From Candidatus Thorarchaeota archaeon SMTZ1-45 (GTDB taxonomy: Archaea > Asgardarchaeota > Thorarchaeia > Thorarchaeales > Thorarchaeaceae), in contig LRSL01000111.1 in assembly GCA_001563335.1 (NCBI GenBank), positions 1 to 10,454 on the forward strand: 10,454 bases of DNA, in the 5' to 3' direction. Shown here piece after piece: positions 1 through 7,760 of this stretch. Position 1 is the stretch's first letter; each line of letters opens with the position of its first letter. The notes under the pieces were generated by a model. The model worked only from the letters and a program-made list of their open reading frames with translations. It had not been told where the DNA came from and ran no database searches. Both the position numbers and the translations under genes were made by a program.

Positions 1-1059
1 GTTATTGTTAGACCCATTGTTCTCATGTGGACTGACGCAACTGGCAAGGTCAGACAGGTCACTACACCAGAAACTGCTATCCTTGTTGAGAAAGGTGCAG
101 CTGTGGCTGCTCCTGCAGCAGTAGCCCCTGTACCTATAGAACCCACAGAAACATACGAACCCCCAGTGTTGACCGAAGAATCTCCATTCGGACCTGTAGT
201 TGGTACTGGATTTGGAACAAGTGAAGTACGTGACAAAGCATCTGAGATCTTGCATACAACAATGGCTCAAGATAGCGCTGAGTCACTAAAAGCTGCAGAA
301 GAACTTCTCGATCAGCTGTTTGGCGCTGACGAAAGCAGCGCTGCAATGGCAGAGATTGATGATATCGAAGCTCTTGCTGCTGAGCCTACTCCTGAAGAAA
401 CCGTAACAGCCGCCGTGGTGTCTGATGTTGAGAGCCAACTCATTTCAGAAATTCGGACCAGAAGACCAAAACCCCCACAACCAGGAACTGCTGCAGACTC
501 TTATCAGTTCTTATTCAAGACGATGGTCATCGGAGAAGGTGCTGTTGGAAAGACAACTCTCGTCAATCGTTATGTGACTGGCGTCTTCGAGCGTGATTAT
601 AAGACCACAATTGGTAGTCAGTTCGCTGTTAAACTCACACACATCTCACCACCAGAGAGAGAGTACTCGACTGGTATCAAGCTACAAGCTTGGGATGTAG
701 CTGGACAGGCACGATTCAAGGCAGTGCGGAAGATGTATTATTCTGGCGCTGCGGGTATCATTCTAGTTTTCGACGTTACTCGACGCCGTTCCTTCACTGA
801 ACTATCCAAGTGGGTCCAAGAGGCTGACGAGTCAATAGGGGTGCGTGTACCAATGGTCTGTGTGGGCAACAAGACTGACCTACCCGACCGTGCTGTACCC
901 TCTGATGAGGCGAAACGATGGGCTGAGGATCAAGGATTCTTGTATATGGAGTCATCAGCCAAGACCGGCGAGGGTGTAGCGGACATGTTCACTGTGCTTG
1001 CTGAGGTCATGTGGCGAGAGGCTCGCAAGCACCAGGAAGACAAGAAGTCTAGAATGTGA
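1..1059 (+). CDS. Multidomain Rab-like small GTPase (5'-partial): beta-strand-rich N-terminal segment, acidic/Ala-Pro linker, C-terminal Rab-like G domain (about 502-1059)
   Basis: Frame 1 is open from base 1 (VIVRPIVL precedes the ATG at 25), so the true start is probably upstream of the window. The G motifs are complete: G1 GEGAVGKT, G2 YKTTIGSQF, G3 WDVAGQARF, Rab-like MYYSGAAGIILVFDVT, G4 GNKTD, G5 ESSAK. There are no C-terminal cysteines. TGA at 1057-1059. Confidence 0.93.
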   Translation, partial: VIVRPIVLMWTDATGKVRQVTTPETAILVEKGAAVAAPAAVAPVPIEPTETYEPPVLTEESPFGPVVGTGFGTSEVRDKASEILHTTMAQDSAESLKAAEELLDQLFGADESSAAMAEIDDIEALAAEPTPEETVTAAVVSDVESQLISEIRTRRPKPPQPGTAADSYQFLFKTMVIGEGAVGKTTLVNRYVTGVFERDYKTTIGSQFAVKLTHISPPEREYSTGIKLQAWDVAGQARFKAVRKMYYSGAAGIILVFDVTRRRSFTELSKWVQEADESIGVRVPMVCVGNKTDLPDRAVPSDEAKRWAEDQGFLYMESSAKTGEGVADMFTVLAEVMWREARKHQEDKKSRM

Positions 1060-1075
1060 AAATTGTCATATTCCT

Positions 1076-1663
1076 TCAAAGAAGAGATTGAGTACCTTCA
1101 TTAAATGCAGTCAAGTCCATCTCAGATTCAAGAAGATCTAAGATTGCTTGTCGTAGATACTTGGAATCAAGTGGCATATCATCCAATGCAGAGAATGCAC
1201 CAATCATGTATGAATTCAGAACTCTTGTTGAACCCAGTTTTTTCATAACGGGCTCGGTATCAAGCATATACACTTGCTGGCAAATAGATTCGAGTGCTTT
1301 CTTGATGTCAGCTAAATCTGGATATCTCACATTTCCTGAGGTTACATTTGAGGGTGGCACTGGCATCATACTTACGATTGCAATAGTATCTTTACCTGCG
1401 AAACGCAAAGCTGTTCGAAGAGCCTCTACTGGTTCAAGACCGAGAATGATGTTTGCTTTCCCTCGTGGTATCAAAGGTCCCCAGTCCCGGGTTCCAATCC
1501 TAATATGGGTCACTACACTACCACCCCTACGTGACGCTCCAAAAGTATCTCCAACAATGGGTCGTAGACCCTGTTTCATTGTGGCTTCTGAGATAATTCT
1601 CCCGCAAACAAGATTTCCCTGTCCACCGACCCCCGCGACTAAAATAGAGTAAGGCTCTCTCAC
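1076..1663 (-). CDS. iorB: Indolepyruvate:ferredoxin oxidoreductase beta subunit (2-oxoacid:acceptor oxidoreductase gamma-type domain)
   Basis: N-terminal ILVAGVGGQG, then FGASRRGGSVVTHIRIG and LGLEPVEALR, are IorB/POR-gamma motifs. Start re-called to GTG at 1663, 1 nt after the iorA stop and preceded by GGAGGGTGA. This gives 195 aa. It lies directly downstream of iorA. Confidence 0.88.
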   Translation of the reverse strand: MREPYSILVAGVGGQGNLVCGRIISEATMKQGLRPIVGDTFGASRRGGSVVTHIRIGTRDWGPLIPRGKANIILGLEPVEALRTALRFAGKDTIAIVSMMPVPPSNVTSGNVRYPDLADIKKALESICQQVYMLDTEPVMKKLGSTRVLNSYMIGAFSALDDMPLDSKYLRQAILDLLESEMDLTAFNEGTQSLL

Positions 1664-1664
1664 T

Positions 1665-3521
1665 TCACTCACCCTCCAAAATGGCATTATGTGGACAGAC
1701 TGCAATGCATGCTCCACACTGGACACACACATGTGCCAAAACGACGGGATAATTGGTATTTGAGTCCCAGACGAGTGCAGGACACCCAAAGTCAGCGGCG
1801 CATATCATACATTTCTCTCTTCTACACAGACCCTGATCTATAATGACTGGTATTGCGCCAATGAATCCAGGTTTTCTCTTGACTTCTTCAAGTCTACAAA
1901 CACTGTTCAGCAAGAGTACCTTCAGACCATTCTTTTGCACAGTTGAGTAGAGTAAACTTATCATTGACTTGATGTCTGTTGCATCTCCTATGGCAAAGAA
2001 ATCTGGGTCAATAGCTCTGACTAGTTTCTCGATTTGAACTCTCTGCAAATTCTCATCCTGAATTTTTGATCCTGGATGAACTTGATACCCTGTCATTGCT
2101 GTAGTAGCATTATCAAGAATCGCAAATGTGAGGTCTGCGTTTTTGTGTCTGGCATTGATTAGCCCTGGCATACATGCATGGAAAAAGGTCGAGTCACCTG
2201 CAACTGATACTACCTTGGAATCAAATCCAAACCGTTGAAGTTTGCCAAGTCCACTCCCAATGCCAATACCTGAACCCATGGCATGCATTGTGTCCATTGC
2301 TTCATCATAGAACACACCAAGAGAATAACACCCGATGTCGCCTGAAACTATGAGTTTACCACCTAACCGCTTCTTTACAGTTCGAATAGACCAGTAGAAA
2401 TTGCGATGAGTACACCCTGCACAGAATGTCAGAGGTCTCTCAATTAACAGGTCTTCAAAATTACGCGCTTGCTCCTCTATTCTTTTCCTATCTTTTCCTA
2501 GCAGTTTCAATAATGCATCCAATACTACATCTGTATTCATTTCTCCATAGCTTGGAATATGTCCTGTCATTTTTCCAAAGAATTCTGGTGCTTTCTTCAA
2601 TTCAACTGAAAGCGATCTTATTGCCTCTTCCAAGAATGGGTCATTCTCCTCAACGAATAGAACACGCTCGCTTTCTTCAAGGAGTTGTTTGATTCTTTTC
2701 CTTGGTAATGGATTTGTAGTACCCAAATTCATGTGACTAATATTTTCAGACTCGAAAGCTTGAATCGCTTCTTGCGAATATAGAGAACTAATGCCACTGG
2801 AAATAACCAAGAGTTTCGCCCTCTCAGTACTCTTAACCTGATTGAACCCCGACTCTTCATACTCCTCTGCCACTCTTTCCATCTTCTCCAAAAGTTCTCT
2901 ATGTCTTATATGTGGGGAAGGTATATTGTAGAGCTTCTCATGTAAGCCAATTGTTTTCCTTGTCCTTGATGACACGTTTCCAACTTGAACCAATCCTCTG
3001 GAGTGCGAAAGCCTGGTCGTGCTTCTAACAAGCACTGGAACTTCATACTTCCTAGAGATTCTGAATGCTTCTTTTGTGATGTCCTTTGCATCTTGATGGT
3101 TTGAGGGTTCTAGTAGTGGGATTTTAGCTGCTTTTGCATAAAACCTAGAGTCCTGCTCATTACTAGAACTATGTCCTTTGGGGTCATCACAAACCACAAT
3201 TACAAGCCCTCCCTTCCCTGAGCCTGATAGATTGAGGTTTAGAAGAAAATCAGAGGCAACATTCAAACCCAAGGATTTCATTGAACATAGAGCTGGGACC
3301 CCTGCCCAACTTGCAGCAGCAGTAACCTCCATCGCCACTTTCTCATTTGTAGACCACTCAACATGGATACCTTGATCCACAGCTACCTCGAATAGGTTCA
3401 TGGCGATTTCTGTCGAGGGGGTTCCAGGATAGGATGCGCAAAACCCTATACCCGCCTCTAAAGCTCCTCTCGCTATTGCTTCATTGCCACTCATGATGGT
3501 GTTGCGCTTAGGTTTGTTCAT
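1665..3521 (-). CDS. iorA: Indolepyruvate:ferredoxin oxidoreductase alpha subunit (TPP-binding, C-terminal 2x[4Fe-4S])
   Basis: MSGNEAIARGALEAG, YPGTPSTEI, EWSTNEKVA, MKSLGLNVASD, SSSNEQDSR, RPLTFCAGCTHR, GDIGCYSL, TPP-binding GDSTFFH...NATTAMTG, and C-terminal Cys clusters CRREKCMICAADFGCP and CVQCGACIAVCP. 618 aa, with GAGG upstream of the ATG. Confidence 0.93.
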   Translation of the reverse strand: MNKPKRNTIMSGNEAIARGALEAGIGFCASYPGTPSTEIAMNLFEVAVDQGIHVEWSTNEKVAMEVTAAASWAGVPALCSMKSLGLNVASDFLLNLNLSGSGKGGLVIVVCDDPKGHSSSNEQDSRFYAKAAKIPLLEPSNHQDAKDITKEAFRISRKYEVPVLVRSTTRLSHSRGLVQVGNVSSRTRKTIGLHEKLYNIPSPHIRHRELLEKMERVAEEYEESGFNQVKSTERAKLLVISSGISSLYSQEAIQAFESENISHMNLGTTNPLPRKRIKQLLEESERVLFVEENDPFLEEAIRSLSVELKKAPEFFGKMTGHIPSYGEMNTDVVLDALLKLLGKDRKRIEEQARNFEDLLIERPLTFCAGCTHRNFYWSIRTVKKRLGGKLIVSGDIGCYSLGVFYDEAMDTMHAMGSGIGIGSGLGKLQRFGFDSKVVSVAGDSTFFHACMPGLINARHKNADLTFAILDNATTAMTGYQVHPGSKIQDENLQRVQIEKLVRAIDPDFFAIGDATDIKSMISLLYSTVQKNGLKVLLLNSVCRLEEVKRKPGFIGAIPVIIDQGLCRREKCMICAADFGCPALVWDSNTNYPVVLAHVCVQCGACIAVCPHNAILEGE

Positions 3522-3644
3522 TCTATTCCTCGCAGAATATCAGCCGCTGAGCATCACAAAACACTTTCGACTTGTTATTTTCTCTCCGAATACCTTACGG
3601 GAAGATAAAATAGGCCTACTTCTTACTCGTGATGATGAGCATAT
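3522..3644. promoter_or_regulatory. Divergent promoter region between iorA and the DHH gene
   Basis: 123-bp non-coding gap between two head-to-head starts. Individual promoter elements could not be resolved. Confidence 0.45.
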
Positions 3645-4718
3645 ATGCCTGAAGAACGAGAAAGCGAGCAAAAGACCAAGAGGATAACATCGCTCCTCTC
3701 CATTTCCCACGATAAAGACGTTGATGGACTAAATTCAGCAGCTATTGTATGGAGATATGCCAAAACAAAAGGTCTCGACTTCAAGGCTATTCTTACTGAT
3801 TATGGCTCCTTTGAGCAAGTGTTCTCTTTTATTGCGAAACAAAGAGATACTCTAATCATTATTACTGATCTAGGAATGGATGATACAATAATCGATGTTG
3901 TTGAAACTGGACTAACTAGAGCAATTGCTCAAGACTGTCGAGTTGTTTGGCTAGATCATCATCATTGGTCTGACCGAGCAATAAAGATGATTCTCTCGCT
4001 TGGAAATAATCCAATTCTGAAAGTTAATCATGAATTTTGTGCAGCGGAAATCACACATAAGGTACTCATGCCACGCGATGAGATTTCCACTGAATTGGCA
4101 AAGATCGCGCACGATACAGACTTCAACCTTCGAGAGATTGATGCTGCCACTGCGCTCACTGATGCAGTCAATGTTATCCGTTTTGGAGCGATTGACAAGA
4201 AGGAAGATGTGACTGATGCCCTGTACCCTATTCTTACAAAACTAGCTGAGGATGGGATGGATGGACTTTGGGACAAAGTGTCTCGCAAATTCAAGGACTT
4301 GCTCCTTGATCAACGTGTTGACAATTATAGAAAAGAGAAAATAAAGAAGATGAAGAAGGCTCTAGCTAGACATAGTGATCAGATTATTCATGGAAAACTT
4401 GTTCGTGTTGTGGAGATTCCAAGTGGTCTCACATCCACTGACATGGGCACTTTTGCATCAGATCCTGAGATTCTAACCTCCATCGATCCTGAGATGAAAG
4501 TTGCAGATCTCTTACTCTCACTTAGCCAGGGTGGGATGCTTGGTTTCAGAAGAGGCTCTGATGGGGTGCTATGCAATGCTGCTGCGAAATTATTCAATGG
4601 TGGTGGACATCCATATGCTGCAGGTGGTGAATATGGTCTCTACGAAGACTTCCACGCGGTCTGTGATGATATCTTTGTGACACTATCAAAGAACAAGGAT
4701 TGGATTTCCGATTCTTAG
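3645..4718 (+). CDS. DHH-family phosphoesterase with DHHA1 domain (nanoRNase/RecJ-like superfamily)
   Basis: Motif I SHDKDVDG, motif II ITDLG, motif III WLDHH, a motif IV-like AHDTD, and C-terminal GGGHPYAAGG (DHHA1). Its stop overlaps the convergent gene's stop at 4715-4718. Confidence 0.9.
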   Translation: MPEERESEQKTKRITSLLSISHDKDVDGLNSAAIVWRYAKTKGLDFKAILTDYGSFEQVFSFIAKQRDTLIIITDLGMDDTIIDVVETGLTRAIAQDCRVVWLDHHHWSDRAIKMILSLGNNPILKVNHEFCAAEITHKVLMPRDEISTELAKIAHDTDFNLREIDAATALTDAVNVIRFGAIDKKEDVTDALYPILTKLAEDGMDGLWDKVSRKFKDLLLDQRVDNYRKEKIKKMKKALARHSDQIIHGKLVRVVEIPSGLTSTDMGTFASDPEILTSIDPEMKVADLLLSLSQGGMLGFRRGSDGVLCNAAAKLFNGGGHPYAAGGEYGLYEDFHAVCDDIFVTLSKNKDWISDS

Positions 4719-5686
4719 GATGATTTCTTCTGCAACATTTTCTTCAATATATCAAGAACATCAATACCTGATTCCCATAGCTCGTCAAAGGTCTTTATTG
4801 CATCATTAATGAGCCCAGGGTTGTCACTACGATGGATTAAGGCTGCAACATCTGATTCTTTTGCATGTGTGAGATAGAGGAGCATCTTGTCTTCATTGAG
4901 ACAAATTATTCTATATGTTTTGATAGGCTCAGGTGTGAATCTTAATTGAATATTACCCGTTTTCGTTGCTTGTTCAAATACCTCCACCATCGGAGTCAGA
5001 TGACCCGCCATCAGATTCAAGTTAAGTTTCTCGGACTCAACAGGAGTTAAGAGTCCTTGGACTTTTACCCCTCTAAAACCAGATTGTATTAGCCTTAACT
5101 CAGTCACCCCCCCAGGGCCAAGACCCTCTGCAAGAGTGCTTACATGACCAAGAACTCTGATAAGGTCCCCCGCTTCTGCTTTATCTGCAAATTCTCGAAT
5201 AATATTACTTCTAACATTTTCGATTCCTTCAATCACTAGAGATTTTTCAATCGACTGAGCACCGACTAATTGTTTGTGCAGCATTAGTGCGAGTTCTTGA
5301 CTCTTGACTGATTTTAATCGATTGAGCTTTGTTGTCACTTCCTGTTTCTTTGTCAGATGATCAGCCAGTTTGACTTTTCGTTTTGTTTCGAGGGCTTTTG
5401 CGACACCTGTTTCTGTTATTGAATAAGTTCTGGGAGTATGAATAGTATCAATAGTGATGAACCCTTGTTCTTCCAAGTCGTTTAATCTTCGATAGATGTA
5501 AGCTTTGGTGTACCTTTTGTTGGCTATTTCTTCTAGACTACGAACTATTTCATCGTAATTCACAGATCTACTAGTACATCCAGCAGCTAAGAGAACAGCT
5601 CGAAATACTTGCATTTCGCTTGAAGTCGTATCTATTCCAAGTTTTTCGAGATTACTCTGGAACTTCTTACTGGACACAGTCGTCAC
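4715..5686 (-). CDS. TrmB-like protein, paralogue C (wHTH, coiled coil, PLD-like C-terminal domain)
   Basis: LEKLGID N-terminus; recognition helix and wing YIYRRLNDLEEQGFITID..PRTYS; helical linker; VIEGIENV, RGVKVQGLL, KTYRIICLNED, NPGLINDAIKTFDELW. Its GTG start overlaps the upstream TGA (GTGA at 5683-5686). Confidence 0.78.
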   Translation of the reverse strand: MTTVSSKKFQSNLEKLGIDTTSSEMQVFRAVLLAAGCTSRSVNYDEIVRSLEEIANKRYTKAYIYRRLNDLEEQGFITIDTIHTPRTYSITETGVAKALETKRKVKLADHLTKKQEVTTKLNRLKSVKSQELALMLHKQLVGAQSIEKSLVIEGIENVRSNIIREFADKAEAGDLIRVLGHVSTLAEGLGPGGVTELRLIQSGFRGVKVQGLLTPVESEKLNLNLMAGHLTPMVEVFEQATKTGNIQLRFTPEPIKTYRIICLNEDKMLLYLTHAKESDVAALIHRSDNPGLINDAIKTFDELWESGIDVLDILKKMLQKKSS

Positions 5687-6600
5687 CCTTCAAAAACTTC
5701 TAAATCAGATCCCAATTCATAGTCCTGATCGAAACTGTCTATGGCATTGTCAACTAATTCGGGATTCGCGGATCTCGGTAACCATGTTGCAGACAAGGGA
5801 TTCTCGGAAACCACAAGAACTATCCCTTCGGTATTTCGAGCCACAAATTGATAAGTTGCATCCTTTCGTGGGAATACCCTATAACCAACCTTTTGGAATT
5901 CTTTTCGCAAGTCCATAATTAGTTGCATAGCTTCTTTTCGGAGTTGCCTCTCACTTCTATTATGATCCAATGCCCTAAATTCTACTCCCTTTTTGAGAAG
6001 ATTTTCCGCGTTCAGCAATCTTCGTGTATTCAAGTAGTTTCCTTGGGACAACCACTCAAGTGTGATTCTTATCACATCCCCCTTTTTGAGACCTTTGTAT
6101 ACCTTGTCATCAAGCAACTTCAGCATGTTATCCATACCCTGCGCAAAGGCTGGTTTTTCGATCTTGCTCTTACCAGCTACATAATCTATCAAACGAGCCG
6201 CCAAAGTTACTGAGTTTATCTCTGAAAGAACCTCAATCTCAGAGTCAATCTCTTTCAGTTCATTTTGCATATCTACAATATTTTGACTAACAATTTTCTC
6301 TAATGCTCTCTCCATAGTCGCAATACTGGAATTGTAACCATGTTTGCGACCACTACTATCAATCTTTACAAATCCCTCTTTTTGAAGCCAAGAGAGACTT
6401 CTGTAAATTAGTGGATCCTTGCCTTTTCGTGATCCCTCATCTATTTCTAGTTGTTCCCGTAATGTTTCGAACTCAATATAGTCTGCAGGCTCTTCTTGAG
6501 ATTTCAGAAGAGCTCCAAGTATGACCATGTTTTTTTTGGTTGGATCTAGACCCAGCATCTCAAGCAATTCTTCATGTAATACTTCAGTTTCCACCCTCAC
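5683..6600 (-). CDS. TrmB-like protein, paralogue B (wHTH, coiled coil, PLD-like C-terminal domain)
   Basis: LEMLGLD, LIYRSLSWLQKEGFVKID, coiled coil MQNELKEIDSEIEVL, FAQGMDNM, KGVEFRAL, ATYQFVARNTE, NPELVDNAIDSFDQDY. The start is GTG at 6600 or 6594. Confidence 0.78.
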   Translation of the reverse strand: MRVETEVLHEELLEMLGLDPTKKNMVILGALLKSQEEPADYIEFETLREQLEIDEGSRKGKDPLIYRSLSWLQKEGFVKIDSSGRKHGYNSSIATMERALEKIVSQNIVDMQNELKEIDSEIEVLSEINSVTLAARLIDYVAGKSKIEKPAFAQGMDNMLKLLDDKVYKGLKKGDVIRITLEWLSQGNYLNTRRLLNAENLLKKGVEFRALDHNRSERQLRKEAMQLIMDLRKEFQKVGYRVFPRKDATYQFVARNTEGIVLVVSENPLSATWLPRSANPELVDNAIDSFDQDYELGSDLEVFEG

Positions 6601-6617
6601 TACCCCAATCAGTCTGA

Positions 6618-7649
6618 TTATTCTACTCCTTTTCTACTTGTAATCCTTCTAATTAGTTCTCCGGGTTCTGATGTAAAAGCCTGAATATCTTTGGGAGTCA
6701 TCTCCAAGAATGATTTTGATCGCTTCCATTCTCTGTCAAAAGTTTTCACCGCGTTATCAATAAGATCTGGGTTGAAGTCTCTAGTTATCCAAGTAGCGGT
6801 AACCGGGTCCTCCGCAATTATCAACGCCATGTTGTCTTTGTTGATGCTCACTTGATTGTAGGTTTTTGGTCCTTGATATATGCGAATATCAAACTTCACC
6901 CCATTCTTTCTCAGCTCTCCAAGATGTTGCATTACTTTCATTACCTCTTCCATGTTGAAAGAAACACCTGGAGCCAACTCTTCAATTTTGAAGACTTCAG
7001 TTGATATCATATACCTTACATCTACACCTCTCTGAGCAGTTTCGACGAACTTCATCGTTCTCTCTACAGCCCCCTCTGCAAAAGGAGCTAACCACAAAGC
7101 GGTTGCTCGAATCACGTCACCTCTCATTGCAACATCAAGCATATTGTATCGTAGAACTCTGTGAAGCTCATCAACACCTCGAACTATCCTTGAGCTGATT
7201 TTTTGTTGGGTCCCAGTAATTTTCTTGACAAACTCTTGTGCAAGAAGACCACACTCAAGACCTCTAACTTCTGCAAGAACATTATCAATCTCGTTTCTTT
7301 GGCCCTCGAGCTCGCGAATCCGTTCGCTTTTCAGTTGTTCTAGACCCGCCATCACTGTATTCACATCAGCAATGTACCTCTTGCGGTGTGCTGATGGGTT
7401 CTCCACTCGTACAAGCTGAGCTTCAACTAAGGACTTAAGCACTCTGTGGACCCATGTCTTTGATAGCTTTGTTTCTGTGTCCTCCACTGACAACTGATCA
7501 TAGATCTCCGCAAATGAAAGAGGAATAGGTGGATCGTTCTGAAGTTTGAGAATTACGCTTAGTAGATTCATTGAACGGGATTCCTGTCTGTCGCCAATCA
7601 TGAATCCGCATAGTTCAAGGGCTTTTGAAATACCATCATCTTGCGACAT
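6618..7649 (-). CDS. TrmB-like protein, paralogue A (wHTH, coiled coil, PLD-like C-terminal domain)
   Basis: LELCGF, WVHRVLKSLVEAQLVRVE..RKRY, coiled coil LEQLKSERIRELEGQRNEIDNVL, IVRGVDEL, RGVDVRYMIS, KTYNQVSINKD, NPDLIDNAVKTFDREW. ATG 7649 is preferred because GAGGG lies upstream. ATG 7670 is the alternative. Confidence 0.78.
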   Translation of the reverse strand: MSQDDGISKALELCGFMIGDRQESRSMNLLSVILKLQNDPPIPLSFAEIYDQLSVEDTETKLSKTWVHRVLKSLVEAQLVRVENPSAHRKRYIADVNTVMAGLEQLKSERIRELEGQRNEIDNVLAEVRGLECGLLAQEFVKKITGTQQKISSRIVRGVDELHRVLRYNMLDVAMRGDVIRATALWLAPFAEGAVERTMKFVETAQRGVDVRYMISTEVFKIEELAPGVSFNMEEVMKVMQHLGELRKNGVKFDIRIYQGPKTYNQVSINKDNMALIIAEDPVTATWITRDFNPDLIDNAVKTFDREWKRSKSFLEMTPKDIQAFTSEPGELIRRITSRKGVE

Positions 7650-7682
7650 TAAGTGTCCCTCTTTACTCATTTATGAGCAGCA

Positions 7683-7691
7683 CTAAAAAGT
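7683..7691 (-). promoter_or_regulatory. Candidate TATA-like element for the TrmB-like operon
   Basis: The minus strand reads ACTTTTTAG about 35-40 bp upstream of ATG 7649, in a ~30% GC gap. Confidence 0.3.
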
Positions 7692-7731
7692 TCCATGTTT
7701 TACTAACTTTATGACTGTATACAACCACACG

Positions 7732-7741
7732 ATATATATAT
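7732..7741 (+). promoter_or_regulatory. Candidate archaeal TATA box for the structured RNA
   Basis: ATATATATAT, centred about 25 bp upstream of G7761, where the GC-rich hairpin block begins. This is the expected archaeal TATA-to-TSS spacing. Confidence 0.5.
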
Positions 7742-7760
7742 GCACTTAGTTATATGATTC

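Noticed and set aside
95-430. GCT/GCA-rich quasi-repeats
   Set aside because: They simply encode the Ala/Pro/Glu-rich linker of the GTPase and are not a DNA repeat array.
1664-1789. 42-codon N-terminal extension of iorB given by the ORF track
   Set aside because: It overlaps the iorA ferredoxin domain in another frame. Homology begins just after GTG 1663, which has a strong RBS.
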